In this document: positions 19,968 to 31,020 of the stretch, piece by piece | Layout of the letters: every line of letters starts with the position of its first letter | Numbering within the stretch: position 1 is the first letter of the stretch | Assembly (NCBI GenBank): GCA_047602405.1 | Contig: JASGHJ010000002.1 | Location: 288,001 to 352,000, forward strand | Direction: 5' to 3' | DNA from: Anaeromyxobacteraceae bacterium | GTDB taxonomy: Bacteria; Myxococcota; Myxococcia; Myxococcales; Anaeromyxobacteraceae | Length of the DNA stretch: 64,000 nt | Translations under genes and position numbers: made by a program | Notes under the pieces: generated by a model | Database searches by the model: none | Told to the model about the DNA's origin: nothing | Seen by the model: the letters and a program-made list of their open reading frames with translations, nothing else

Positions 19968-20834
19968 ATGAAGCCGACCGCACTCCTCGCCGTGCTCGCG
20001 ATGACCGCGCTCCCCTGCGCCGGACGCGCTCAGGAGATGGGCCTCGATCTCTCGAAGCCCGCGCAGAAGCCGGAGGAGGCGAAGCCGGCGACGCCGGCCG
20101 AGCCGCCCCCGGACGCGCCCGGGCTGGATTCGTCGAAGCCCGCGGAGAAGCCCGCCGCGCAGGCGCCGGAGAAGGCGCCCGAGAAGGCGGCCCAGAAGGC
20201 CCCGCCGCCGCCCGCGCTCGCCCAGGACGTCGCGCTCGGCGACAAGGTGAAGGCGGTCCAGAAGAAGGGCTTCCTGAAGAAGGGCCGCTTCGAGATCGCG
20301 CCGACGTTCGCGCTGACGGTGAACGACGCCTTCTACCAGAAGTTCGGCGGGGGCCTCAGGCTCGCGTACTCGCTCGGCGACACGTTCGCGCTCGCGGTGC
20401 GCGGCACGTACTACACGCCGTACCGCACCGAGAACGTGCGCGACGGCAAGCTCGCGTTCCAGAGCCAGCTCCTCACCTCCCAGCTCTACCGGCAGGCGAT
20501 GGTCGACGGCGTGTGGTCGCCCATCTACGGCAAGGCCTCCTTCCTCTCGAAGGACATCGTCCACTTCGACGTCTTCTTCGCGGCGGGCTTCGGCCTCGTG
20601 TGGAGCGCCACGAGCTTCGCGCCGCGCGACGAGGGGCCGCACCTCGCGACCGACTTCGGCGGCGGCGTGCGCTTCTACCCGAAGAGCTGGCTCGCCTTCG
20701 AGCTCGGGCTCCTCGCCACCCTGTACCCGGACCAGCCCATCAAGTCGGTGCCCGGGACCATCCAGAAGGTCTTCGTCGCCAACGTCGGCGTCTCGTTCTT
20801 CCTGCCGCCCACGTTCGACTACGCCTACCCATGA
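19968..20834 (+). CDS. gltB: Outer-membrane beta-barrel, GltB-like
   Basis: Signal peptide, Pro/Ala linker, VKAVQKKGFLKKGRFEIAP..NDAFY..WSPIYGK; symbol assigned by synteny. Confidence 0.7.
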   Translation: MKPTALLAVLAMTALPCAGRAQEMGLDLSKPAQKPEEAKPATPAEPPPDAPGLDSSKPAEKPAAQAPEKAPEKAAQKAPPPPALAQDVALGDKVKAVQKKGFLKKGRFEIAPTFALTVNDAFYQKFGGGLRLAYSLGDTFALAVRGTYYTPYRTENVRDGKLAFQSQLLTSQLYRQAMVDGVWSPIYGKASFLSKDIVHFDVFFAAGFGLVWSATSFAPRDEGPHLATDFGGGVRFYPKSWLAFELGLLATLYPDQPIKSVPGTIQKVFVANVGVSFFLPPTFDYAYP

Positions 20835-21568
20835 CCGCCCGCCGGCTCGCCGTCGCGCTCGTCCTCGCCGCCGTGGCCCTCGCCCCGGAGGCCCGCGCGC
20901 AGTCGAAGGCGGACGCCTTCGCCGGGAGGATCCCGCCGGTGTCGGGGCAGCTGTACGAGAAGGCGGGCCGCTTCGAGGCCACGCTCTCGGGGAACCTCTC
21001 GCTCAACGACGCCTTCTTCACGAAGTACTTCGGCGGCGTGAAGCTCGGCTACCACGTCAGCGAGTTCCTCTCGGTCTCGGCGCAGGCCGCGGCGGGCATC
21101 ACCCGCGCGACCGGGTCCACGACGCTGTGCCCGGCGAACTCGGGCTGCCGCGACGCGACGCCGTACGAGCTGTACCAGGTGCCCGGCGATCTCAAGGCGG
21201 TGTACGGGCTCGAGGTCGCGTGGTCGCCGGTCTACGGCAAGCTCAACGCGTTCTCCGAGCAGGTCACCCACTTCGACCTCTCCATCCTGGCCGGCGGCGA
21301 CCTCGTCTCCTACCGCGAGGTGATCTCGGCCGCGCGGGCGACGGAGCTCCGGGACGCCGGCGGCGAGCCCGCGGTCGCCCGGACCTTCGGCGGCCACCTC
21401 GGCCTCGGGGTGCGGGCCTTCGTCACGCCGTGGATGGCGCTGCGGCTCGAGGTGAAGGACTACCTCTTCCGCGTGCAGGTGCCGAACGGCGGGACCGACA
21501 AGAAGCTCCAGTCCCAGCTCTTCACCGAGCTCGGCGCCTCCTTCTTCTTCCCGGGCGCCAAGAGGTGA
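20831..21568 (+). CDS. gltA: Outer-membrane beta-barrel, GltA-like (paralogue of the preceding gene)
   Basis: GRFEAT..SLNDAFFTKY..WSPVYGK; ATGA-coupled; symbol assigned by synteny. Confidence 0.7.
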   Translation: MTARRLAVALVLAAVALAPEARAQSKADAFAGRIPPVSGQLYEKAGRFEATLSGNLSLNDAFFTKYFGGVKLGYHVSEFLSVSAQAAAGITRATGSTTLCPANSGCRDATPYELYQVPGDLKAVYGLEVAWSPVYGKLNAFSEQVTHFDLSILAGGDLVSYREVISAARATELRDAGGEPAVARTFGGHLGLGVRAFVTPWMALRLEVKDYLFRVQVPNGGTDKKLQSQLFTELGASFFFPGAKR

Positions 21569-21576
21569 GCACCGCG

Positions 21577-23595
21577 ATGCGCGCCCGCCACGCCCTCCTC
21601 GCCGCCGCCCTCGCCCTCGCGGCCCCCCTCGCGTCCGCGCAGGACCTGGGGCTCGACCTCGGGGCGCCGAAGAAGACGACGAAGAAGGCCGACTCGAAGA
21701 AGAAGCCCCCGAAGAAGGCCGCGAAGCCGCCGAAGGGCGCCGCCTCCAGGCCCGCCGCCCGCCCGGCCGAGACCCGCGCCGCGCCGCCGCCCGCGCCGGT
21801 CCCGCAGCCCTCCCCGCCGCCCGCGGCCGCCCCGTCCCAGGCGCCGGCCGCGGCGCCCGCCGCGCCGGTCGTGCCGCCTCCGCCCCCGCCGCAGGAGGCC
21901 CGCCCCGCTTCCCCGAAGCCGGCGGTGCCGCCGCCCGCGCGCGCCGGCTCGAAGCCCGCCCAGCCCGGGCTCTCGCTCACGCCGCTCGATCTCGGCGGCG
22001 GCGCCGCGAAGGAGAAGCTCGCCGCGGCGAGGAAGCTCCTCGACGGCGGCGACGCCGAGGCCGCCGCGCTCGCCTTCGACGCGATCGTCCGCGATCCCTC
22101 GCTCGCCGAGGCGCACGACGAGGCCCGCTACCAGCGCGCGAAGGCGCTCGAGCGGGCCGGCCTGCACCACGCCGCGCTCTCCGCGTTCGACGAGGTGCTC
22201 GACCGCGGCCCGCAGGGCTCGCGCTTCTACCACTCGGCGCTCGAGTGGGTGTTCTACGTGGGCCGCAACCTGAAGAACGAGCAGCCGGTCCTCTCGCGCG
22301 TGGCGCGCCACGCGGCGGCGGGGTTCCCCCCCGCCCACGAGGATCGCTTCCACCTGCTCGTCGCGAAGTACGAGTTCGAGCGCGCAAGGGCGCTGCAGGA
22401 CGCCGGCCGGCTCGGCGAGGCGCAGAAGGCGTTCGACGAGGCGCGCCGGCTCGCCGGGCTCGTGCGCGAGGCGGCGGGCGGCGGCGCCGAGCCGAGGCCC
22501 GAGCCGAGGAAGGGCGCCGACGAGGCCGAGCTCGCCGCGGAGAGCGGGGACACGTTCGCGCGGGCCCGGTTCCTCACCGGCCTCGTGCTCTACGCGCAGG
22601 GGAGCGCCGACGGCGCCATCGAGTCGTTCAAGGAGGTCGTGCGCCTCCAGAACCCGAAGCGCAACCGCCGCGTCGACCTCGACGTGCGCGAGATGGCGTT
22701 CCTGCAGCTCGCGCGCGTCCACTACGAGAGCCGCCAGAACCGCTACGCGATCTTCTACTACGGGCGCATGCCCTGGGGCGGGCCGCGCTGGCTCGAGGGG
22801 CTGTGGGAGGCCTCGTACGCGCACTACCGCGTGGGCGACTACGAGAAGACGCTCGGCAACCTCCTGACCCTCCAGTCGCCGTACTTCGAGGACGAGTACT
22901 ACCCGGAGTCGTTCATCCTCGAGGCGATCGTCTACTACGAGAACTGCCGCTACCCCGAGGCGCGCCAGGTGCTCGACGCCTTCACCCGCCGCTACGAGCC
23001 GCTCTACGAGGCGCTCGCGGGCATGACCTCGCGCGCGGGCGCCCCGGCCGAGTTCTTCGAGGGCGTGGCCCGCGGCGGCCGGCCCACCGCCGCGCCGATG
23101 GACCGCCGCGTCGCCCGGCTCGCCGACACCGACCTCAACCTCGCCCGGCTCAGCGAGACCATCGGCGAGATCGACCTCGAGGCCTCGTCGGGGCTCTCGG
23201 CGCGCTCGAAGGCGTTCCGCGAGTCCGCGCTCGCGAAGGACGTCGAGGACCGGCTCCGCGCCGAGCGGGTGCGCCTCGCCGACGAGGCCGGCCTGCGGGC
23301 GCGCGGCAAGCTCGAGTACGAGCGCGACCAGCTCCGCACGCTGCTCGCCCAGGGGCTCCGGATCCAGATCGAGGTCTCGCGCAAGGAGCGCGACGCGCTC
23401 GAGGGCGCCCTCATCGCGGGGTCGCAGGTCGAGGTGATCAAGAACCTCAAGTACTCGACCGCGACCTCCGACGAGCACCTCTACTGGCCCTACGAGGGCG
23501 AGTTCTGGCGCGACGAGCTCGGCACCTACACGTACACGTTCACGAAGGGCTGCAAGGACCGCCTGAACCGCCCGCGCGGCACGTCCTCGCCCTGA
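21577..23595 (+). CDS. gltC: Periplasmic TPR gliding protein GltC
   Basis: Signal peptide, Pro-rich linker, TPRs and C-terminal YWPYEGEFWRDELGTYTYTFTKGC. Confidence 0.78.
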   Translation: MRARHALLAAALALAAPLASAQDLGLDLGAPKKTTKKADSKKKPPKKAAKPPKGAASRPAARPAETRAAPPPAPVPQPSPPPAAAPSQAPAAAPAAPVVPPPPPPQEARPASPKPAVPPPARAGSKPAQPGLSLTPLDLGGGAAKEKLAAARKLLDGGDAEAAALAFDAIVRDPSLAEAHDEARYQRAKALERAGLHHAALSAFDEVLDRGPQGSRFYHSALEWVFYVGRNLKNEQPVLSRVARHAAAGFPPAHEDRFHLLVAKYEFERARALQDAGRLGEAQKAFDEARRLAGLVREAAGGGAEPRPEPRKGADEAELAAESGDTFARARFLTGLVLYAQGSADGAIESFKEVVRLQNPKRNRRVDLDVREMAFLQLARVHYESRQNRYAIFYYGRMPWGGPRWLEGLWEASYAHYRVGDYEKTLGNLLTLQSPYFEDEYYPESFILEAIVYYENCRYPEARQVLDAFTRRYEPLYEALAGMTSRAGAPAEFFEGVARGGRPTAAPMDRRVARLADTDLNLARLSETIGEIDLEASSGLSARSKAFRESALAKDVEDRLRAERVRLADEAGLRARGKLEYERDQLRTLLAQGLRIQIEVSRKERDALEGALIAGSQVEVIKNLKYSTATSDEHLYWPYEGEFWRDELGTYTYTFTKGCKDRLNRPRGTSSP

Positions 23596-23602
23596 ATTGC
23601 TG

Positions 23603-23626
23603 GGACCGGGGCCCCACCCCCGGTCC
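23603..23626 (+). other. Intergenic hairpin between gltC and gltD
   Basis: GGACCGGGG-ccccac-CCCCGGTCC with no U-tract. Confidence 0.55.
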
Positions 23627-23651
23627 GGACCAAACTTCCCGGAGGAACCCG

Positions 23652-26600
23652 ATGAGCCGAGCCCTCGCCGCCGGCCTCGCCCTGTCGCTCCTGGCGGCGG
23701 TGCCCGCGCACGCCCAGCAGCGCAAGTCCGGCCCGGAGGCCGACCTCGGCGCGAAGCGCGAGGTGAGCCCCGACGCCAGCCTGCAGGGCAAGCTGGAGGG
23801 CAAGCGCAAGGAGGAGGGCCCGGCCGGCCCCAAGGTCGCCTTCGACCAGTTCCGCAAGGTCACCGAGGTCAAGATCTCCGAGAAGCGCGCCGAGGAGATC
23901 GCGTCGCTGCGCAAGCTCATCGAGCTCGGCGGGGGCGACGAGGCCGACATGCCCCAGTGGTACTTCCGCCTGGCGGAGCTCCTCTGGGAGGAGAGCCAGT
24001 ACTACTTCTTCGAGTCGAACCGCCGCGACGATCAGCTCATCGCGCTCGGCACCCGCGGCGACCCGCGCGAGATCGACCGGCTCATGGCCGAGAAGAAGGA
24101 GCTCGAGGGCCAGACCCAGAAGCTCCAGGTCCAGGCGGTCGCGCTCTACAAGGCCATCATCTCGAAGTACCCGAGCTACCCGCGGCTCGACGAGGTGCTC
24201 TACTTCCTCGCCGAGAACCTCACCCGCCGGAACAAGAACGACCCCGAGGCGCTCAAGGCGTACCGCGCGCTCATCACGAAGTTCCCGAACTCGCGCTACG
24301 TCCCCGACTGCTGGATGGCGTTCGGCGAGTACTACTTCGAGCGGTCGTCCACCTCGGACCGGGTGCCCAACCTCAAGCGGGCGCTCGAGGCCTACCAGAA
24401 GGCCGCGACCTACCAGGAGAGCAACGTCTACGGCTACGCGCTCTACAAGCAGGGGTGGGTGCACTACAACCTGAACGAGCACGAGCAGGCGATGGACATG
24501 TTCCGCGCCGTCATCTACTTCGGCGAGCTCCCCACCAGCACCGTCCCGGCCGAGAAGAAGCTCGCCCTCGTGAAGGAGGCCCGCAAGGACTACGTCCGCA
24601 CCTACTCCCACGTCGGGCGGCCGGAGGGCGCGCAGGAGGACTTCAAGCGCGTCGGCGGCGAGAACAACGGCTGGGACATGCTGAAGAACCTCGCCGACAT
24701 CTACTACGGCGACGCCAAGGATCCCGCCGCGATCATCGTCTACGCGCGGCTCATCCGCGAGAAGCCGCTCTCGATCGAGGCGCCGTTCTTCCAGTCGCGC
24801 ATCGTGACCTCCGCCGGCCGCATGGGCCGCAAGGAGGACGCGGTCCGCCAGGCGCACCGGTTCGTGGAGCTGCTCCGCGAGAATCGAGAAGGGCTCGCAG
24901 GAGGCGAGGACCGAGAAGGGCCAGAAGGCGCTCGCCGACGCGCGCGCCAACGCGGAGAACACGCTGCGCACGCTCGCGCTCAACTACCACATCGAGTGGA
25001 AGAAGACGCGCGACGAGCCGGTGGCCGGCTTCGCCGCCTCGGTCTACCGCGACTACCTCGACGTCTTCCCCGACGCGCCGACCGCCTACGAGATGCGCTT
25101 CAACCACGGCGAGCTGAGCTACGCGCTCGCCGACTTCCAGGGCGCCGGCGAGGAGTACGACCGGGTCGCGCTCATGGACGTGGCGAGCGTGGAGGGCAAG
25201 GTCCCGGGCCGCCCGAAGCCGGGCAAGCTCATGAAGGACGCCCTCGAGGCCTCGGTGTTCGCCTGGGACCTCGTGGTGAAGAAGCTCGACGAGACCGACA
25301 AGATCCCGCTCACCGACCCCCGCAAGCAGGTCCCGTTCGCGCCGCTCCGGCGCCGGCTCGTGGACGCCTGCGAGCGGTACCTCAAGTACCAGCCGGCCGG
25401 GGACAAGTGGGTCGAGGTCGCCTACAAGTCGGCGAACCTCCACTACCGCCACAACCAGTTCGCCGAGGCGAACGCGCACTTCACGCGCATCGCGCTCGAG
25501 CACCCGTCGCACGAGCTCGCGAAGTACTCCACCAACCTCGTGCTCGACTCCTACAACCTGCTCGGCGACTGGAGGAACGTCAACGCGTGGGCGAAGAAGT
25601 TCTACGCGAACGGCGCGCTCCTGAAGGCCCACCCCGCGCTGAAGGACGACCTCGCCCGCGTCATCGAGCAGTCGGCGTTCAAGATCGTCGAGCAGCGCGA
25701 GGCCTCGAAGGAGTACGAGCTCGCCGCCGAGGAGTACCTCGCCTTCTCGCGCGACTGGCCGGAGTCGAAGCTCGCCTCCACCGCGCTCTACAACGCCTCG
25801 GTCGACTACGTGAAGGCCGGCCGGCTCGACCGGGCGATGGAGGTGCGCGAGCAGTTCCTGCAGCGCTTCCCGAACGACCCGCTCGTGCCGAAGGCGAACT
25901 ACGACAACGCCGAGGCGTTCGAGGCGATCGCCGACTTCGAGAAGGCGGCCGACCTCTACGAGAGGTACTTCCGGGACTGGAAGCGGCAGCGCGACGGGGG
26001 CGCCGTGGCCGCCCGGCCCCCGCCGAAGGGGAAGAAGGGCAAGAAGGCCGCCCCGCCGCCCCCCGCCGCCGCGCCCGCCGGGCAGTACGAGGAGAAGAAG
26101 GCCTCCGACGCCCTCATCAACGTGGCGGTCTTCCGGGGCGAGCTGCGGGACCTCACCGGCGCGGAGGCGGCGATCACCGCCTACCTCGAGACCTGGCCGG
26201 AGGGCGCGGACGCGGCGAAGCTCTCGCTCGCCCTCGCCGACCTCTACCGCGACCAGAAGAAGCCCGCGTTCGAGCTCAGGCAGCTCGAGCTGCACCAGAA
26301 GAAGTACGCGGCCGACGCCGACGGGTGGCTCGCGATCCAGCACCGGATCGCGCTCCTCATGGAGAAGAACGGCAACGCCCGCGGCGGGCGCGAAGCGTAC
26401 GACCTCGGCCTCGCCTACTGGCGGCGCAACCGGGACAAGGTGAAGGACCGGGGCCTCGCGCTCGTCGCCCAGGCCCAGTACCTCGAGCTCGAGCCGGAGT
26501 TCGACGCGTACGACCGGATCACCCTCAACGTCGCGCCGAAGTACCTGAAGGCGCAGCTCGAGGTGAAGGCGAAGAAGCTCAACAAGCTCGAGGCCTCCTA

Positions 26601-27201
26601 CGGCGAGATCGTGAAGCTGAAGCAGCCCGACCCCGCCATCTGCGCGCTCTACAAGATCGCGTGGGGCTACCGGCGCTACGCCGAGGCCCTCTTCGCGGTG
26701 CCGGTGCCGAAGGAGTTCCGGAACAACGCGGAGGCCGTCGACGAGTACAAGTCGCAGCTCGCCCAGTTCGCCGAGCCGCTCGAGGCGAAGGCGGTGGAGG
26801 GGCTCGAGCTCGCCGCGAAGACCTCGCGCGACTACGCGGTGGTGAACGACTGCGCCCGCAAGGTGAACGAGCTCCTCGCGAAGGCGAAGCCGGACGAGTA
26901 CGCGCCGACCGGCGAGCTCGCCGCGCCGGTCGCCTGGGTCGCGCCCCGGCCCGAGCCGCGCGGCTACGGCCCGCTCGCCGCGGTGCAGGCCGCGCCCTCG
27001 CAGCGCCCCGCGGGCAAGAAGGCCGACGCCCCGCTGGCGCCGCTCAAGGTGCAGCCCGCGGCCGGCCCGGCGAAGCCGGCCGCGAAGCCGATCGACCCGT
27101 CCGACCCACAGAACCGGGTCATCCCGGACGAGCCGGTGCCGGTGAAGAAGAAGGCGAAGAAGGACGGCAAGAAGGAAGACGAGGAGGATCTGCTGCCGTG
27201 A
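23652..27201 (+). CDS. gltD: Large TPR gliding protein AgmU/GltD (one +1 frameshift at ~24882)
   Basis: SD GGAGG, signal peptide and TPR arrays in two successive frames joined at GAATC 24881-24885; ~1182 aa corrected. Confidence 0.8.
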
Positions 27202-28532
27202 TCGACCGCCCCCGCCTCCTCGCGCTCGCCGCGGCCGCGGCGCTCTCGGCCTGCGCCTCCTCGGGCGCCGCCGGCGCCGGCGACGCGCCGCCCCCGGCCG
27301 CCGCGGGCAAGCCCCGCGCCGCCGCCGTGCCGGTGCCCCCGCCGCCCCCCGGCACCGCGCCGGCCTCCGGCGACCCCGCCGTCCGCGCCTTCGAGGACGC
27401 CGCCCGCGCCCAGACGAAGGCGCTCGAGGGCGGCGGCACCGTGGACTGGTCCGAAGCCGAGCGCCGGTGGCGCTCGGTGCTCGCGCAGGGGGAGGTGGGG
27501 GAGGCCCGCTTCAACCTCGGCGTGGCGCTCGAGCACCAGGGCCGCGCCGACGAGGCGCGCGAGGCGTACGAGCAGGCGCTCCAGGCGAAGCCCACCCTGC
27601 GCCAGGCGATGGTGAATCTCGCCGTGCTCGCCGAGGCGCGCGGCGACGGCCCCGGGGCCGCCGCCGCGTACGCCCGCGTGCTGCGCGACTTCCCCGAGGA
27701 CGCCATGGCGCGCGAGCGCCTCGCGTCGCTCTACCTCGCCTCGGGGCAGTACGAGGAGTCGTTCCGGCTCGCGAAGGAGTCGCTGCTCCGCGACCCGCGC
27801 TCGGTCGGCGCGCTCAAGACGCTCGCCCGCGCCGCGCTCGGGAAGAAGCAGCCCGCCCAGGCGCGCCTCGTCGCCCGCCGCGCCGAGAAGCTCGCCCCGA
27901 AGGACCCGGAGCTCCCGGAGCTCCAGGGGCTCTCGTACGCGCAGCAGGGCGACGCCGCCGCGGCCGCCGTGCAGTTCCGCCGCGCGCTCGCGCTCGCCCC
28001 GGGGCACCTGCCCGCGCGCTACGCGCTCCTCCAGCAGGCGCTCGAGGGCCAGAAGTGGGGCGCGGTCGACGAGCACGCCACCGCGATCCTCGCGGCGCGC
28101 CCGGACGACGCGCGGGTGGTCCTCGCGAAGGGGCTCGCCCTGCGCCACTCCGGCAAGGCCGACGAGGCCCTCGCCGCCTACGAGCGGGCCGAGAAGCTCG
28201 GCGGCGCCGACCTGCCCGAGGCGACGCTCGCGCGGGGCGTGCTCCTCGGGAAGGTGAAGGGCGAGTGCGAGGCGGCGATCCCCGTGCTGACCGCGTACCT
28301 GCGCTCCGGCGGCGTCCCGGCCGGCGGCCCCCAGGCGACGAAGCTCGTGCGCGAGTGCGAGGCCACCCTCGCCGAGAACCGGAAGCTCGCCGAGACCGCG
28401 CGCCAGATGAAGGCGGAGTCGGACCGCAAGGCCGCGGAGGCCGCGCAGAAGAAGGCCGCCGAGGAGCTCCTCAAGGCTCCGCCGCCGCCGCCCCCACAGC
28501 CCCCTTCACCGGCGCCCGCCGGGAAGCCCTGA
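27198..28532 (+). CDS. gltE: TPR lipoprotein AglT/GltE
   Basis: GTGA coupling, lipobox ALSAC and TPRs (ARFNLGVALE); position after gltD. Confidence 0.75.
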   Translation: MIDRPRLLALAAAAALSACASSGAAGAGDAPPPAAAGKPRAAAVPVPPPPPGTAPASGDPAVRAFEDAARAQTKALEGGGTVDWSEAERRWRSVLAQGEVGEARFNLGVALEHQGRADEAREAYEQALQAKPTLRQAMVNLAVLAEARGDGPGAAAAYARVLRDFPEDAMARERLASLYLASGQYEESFRLAKESLLRDPRSVGALKTLARAALGKKQPAQARLVARRAEKLAPKDPELPELQGLSYAQQGDAAAAAVQFRRALALAPGHLPARYALLQQALEGQKWGAVDEHATAILAARPDDARVVLAKGLALRHSGKADEALAAYERAEKLGGADLPEATLARGVLLGKVKGECEAAIPVLTAYLRSGGVPAGGPQATKLVRECEATLAENRKLAETARQMKAESDRKAAEAAQKKAAEELLKAPPPPPPQPPSPAPAGKP

Positions 28533-28569
28533 ACGGGGCATGGCCACCTTTCTGACAGGCCGGACCGGG

Positions 28570-28578
28570 TGATAGGAT
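28570..28578 (+). promoter_or_regulatory. Extended -10 promoter of gltF
   Basis: TGaTAGGAT upstream of SD GAGAGG. Confidence 0.4.
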
Positions 28579-28600
28579 CGTTCACCCTCGAGAGGTTCCG

Positions 28601-28915
28601 ATGACGAAGACGCTCCTCCTCACGGCAGCCGCGGCGACGACCGGGCTCCTCCTCGCGCTCGCGGCGCCCGCGCGCGCCCAGGACGCAGGGGCGCCGGCCG
28701 GCGGCCAGCCGCAGCCGGCGTCCGGCGACGCCCAGCCGCGCGTCGAGTACGAGAAGAAGACCGTCATCAACTTCGAGGAGGACACCATCGAGGGCGACCT
28801 GAAGCGCCCCGACGGCGAGTACATCGAGGGCCGCAAGAAGGTGCAGCACTCGAACCTCATCCGCATCCGCGAGAACTGGCACGACAAGGTCATGCAGTCG
28901 TCGTCCGACCTCTAG
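28601..28915 (+). CDS. gltF: Small secreted gliding protein CglF/GltF
   Basis: Signal peptide then KKTVINFEEDTIEGDLKRPDGEY..LIRIRENW. Confidence 0.82.
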   Translation: MTKTLLLTAAAATTGLLLALAAPARAQDAGAPAGGQPQPASGDAQPRVEYEKKTVINFEEDTIEGDLKRPDGEYIEGRKKVQHSNLIRIRENWHDKVMQSSSDL

Positions 28916-28927
28916 GCCGCGACCCCC

Positions 28928-31009
28928 ATGCCCAGCCCGATCACCGTCAAGGTCTTCCGCGGCGACGCGCTCGTGAAGAGCGAGCAGTTCACCCGCGACA
29001 TCATCAAGATCGGGCGCGGCGACAAGGCCCACCTCGTCCTCGACGACGAGAAGCTCTCGCGCATCCACGCGGTGATCGAGCTCGCGCCCGACGGCAACGT
29101 GTCGATCATCGACATGGGCTCGACCGGCGGCACCTTCGTCAACGGCAAGAAGGTGAGCCGCGGCAAGGTCGAGTTCGGCGACCAGATCATGCTCGGGCAG
29201 GGCGGCCTCACGCTCGTGCTCGAGGCCGGCGGCGCACCCGCCGAGGCCGCGCCGCAGGCCGCCGCCGCGCCGTCCCCGGCGCCGGTCGCGCCGCGCGTCG
29301 CGCCGGCCCCGGCCGCGCCGGTCGCCGCCGCGCCGAAGCCCGCGCCGGCCCCCGCGCCGCGCGCGACGACGGTCAACAAGGCGGTCCCGGCGCCGCAGGC
29401 GGCCGCCCCGGCCCCGCAGCCCGCGCCGGTCGCCGCGAAGCCCGCCCCCGCGAGGCGCACGAACGGCACGCACGCCGCGCTCGAGGCCGCCGTCCCGGCC
29501 GCGCCGCCGCCCGCCGTGGTGCAGGCCCCGGTCCCGGCGCCCGCCGCCGAGGTGGAGGCGCCCGCCCCGAGGCGCCACACCGGCGCGCACGTCATCACCA
29601 CCCCCGCGGTGCTCGAGGACCTCTCGGCCGAGCCCGACCTCGGCGTCGAGCTCCGCCTGCTCTGGGGCCAGACGCTGCTCGACGCGCACACCTGGGTGCG
29701 CCCGAAGTCGCCGGTGCTCGTCGGCGAGACCGACCGCTGCGCGCTGAAGCTCGAGGGGCTCCCGATGGCGGAGCTCCCCGTCCTCACCTTCGAGGGCGGC
29801 GACTACCGCTTCACGTTCACGAAGGGCATGAACGGCGTCGTCGTGCTGCCCGAGGGCAAGCAGACCTTCGGCCAGCTCGTGCGCGAGAAGAAGGCGCAGC
29901 CGGAGGGCAAGGTCGACGGCGGCTTCAGCGTGACGGTGCCGAAGAAGGGGGCCGTCCGCGCCGAGGTCGGCAAGCTCGCGATCGAGGCGCGCCCCCGCGT
30001 GCCGCGGCAGGTGAAGGGCGCGCCGTTCTGGGAGCAGATCAACTACCAGTTCCTGAACCTCTTCCTGATCCTGTTCTTCCTCCTCTCCGGCTTCGTGGTC
30101 GCGGCGAACAACTGGCCGTACGACACCGACGTCGTCGCCGACGACCTCTTCAAGAACCCGCAGCGGATGGCGAAGTTCATCATCAAGCCGGCCGAGCCGC
30201 CGCCGAAGGCGGCGCAGGCGCCGAAGTCGGACGAGCCGAAGAAGGACGACGGCGAGGCGGCCGCGAAGGCGAAGGGCGACGAGGGGCAGATGGGCAAGAA
30301 GGACGCGCCCAAGACGAACGCCCGCTCGGCCCCGAAGGCGATCGATCCGAACGCGAAGGACCTCGTGAAGCGCACCGGCCTCCTCGCGGCGCTCGGGCGC
30401 GGCGGCGGCGGCGGGCTCTCGACGGTGTTCGGCTCGGGCGGCCTCGGCGGCGACCTCAAGGGCGCGGTGGGCAACATGTTCGGCCCCACGGTCGGCGACA
30501 GCTACGGCCTCGGCGGCCTCGGCATCCGTGGCTCGGGCTCGGGCGGCGGCGGCACCGGCGAGACCATCGGCATCGGCGCGGTCGGCACGAAGGGCCGCGG
30601 CGGCGGCATGGGCAGCTACGGCACCGGCGTCGGCGGCCTCGGCTCGAAGTCCGACCGCCCGCTCTCGGTGACGACCGGCCCGGCCACCGTGCAGGGCGCC
30701 ATCGACAAGGAGCTCATCCGCAAGGTCATCCAGGAGCACGCCGACCAGATCCGCTACTGCTACACGCAGCAGCTGCAGGTGAACCCGCGCCTGCAGGGCA
30801 AGGTCTCGGTCACCTGGGTCATCAACGCCGACGGCTCGGCCTCGGGCGCGAAGATCGACGCCTCCGCGACGTCGCTCGAGGACCCGAAGGTCCACGAGTG
30901 CATGATGGCCAAGATCCAGTCCTGGGCGTTCCCGAAGCCCAAGGGCGGCGGCTTCGCGATCATCACCTACCCGTGGATCCTGCGCTCCGCCGGCAGCGGG
31001 GCGGAGTAG
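28928..31009 (+). CDS. gltG: GltG/PglI: FHA - TM - Gly-rich linker - TonB-C-like domain
   Basis: FHA (IKIGRG..SRIHA..DMGSTGGT), a single TM and IRYCY..GKVSVTWVI..FPKPKGG..YPW. Confidence 0.85.
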   Translation: MPSPITVKVFRGDALVKSEQFTRDIIKIGRGDKAHLVLDDEKLSRIHAVIELAPDGNVSIIDMGSTGGTFVNGKKVSRGKVEFGDQIMLGQGGLTLVLEAGGAPAEAAPQAAAAPSPAPVAPRVAPAPAAPVAAAPKPAPAPAPRATTVNKAVPAPQAAAPAPQPAPVAAKPAPARRTNGTHAALEAAVPAAPPPAVVQAPVPAPAAEVEAPAPRRHTGAHVITTPAVLEDLSAEPDLGVELRLLWGQTLLDAHTWVRPKSPVLVGETDRCALKLEGLPMAELPVLTFEGGDYRFTFTKGMNGVVVLPEGKQTFGQLVREKKAQPEGKVDGGFSVTVPKKGAVRAEVGKLAIEARPRVPRQVKGAPFWEQINYQFLNLFLILFFLLSGFVVAANNWPYDTDVVADDLFKNPQRMAKFIIKPAEPPPKAAQAPKSDEPKKDDGEAAAKAKGDEGQMGKKDAPKTNARSAPKAIDPNAKDLVKRTGLLAALGRGGGGGLSTVFGSGGLGGDLKGAVGNMFGPTVGDSYGLGGLGIRGSGSGGGGTGETIGIGAVGTKGRGGGMGSYGTGVGGLGSKSDRPLSVTTGPATVQGAIDKELIRKVIQEHADQIRYCYTQQLQVNPRLQGKVSVTWVINADGSASGAKIDASATSLEDPKVHECMMAKIQSWAFPKPKGGGFAIITYPWILRSAGSGAE

Positions 31010-31020
31010 GGGAGACGGTC

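Noticed and set aside
21660..21990. Pro/Ala/Lys-rich low-complexity tracts in gltC (similarly gltG and gltJ)
   Set aside because: These are ordinary flexible linkers of Glt proteins, not DNA repeats.
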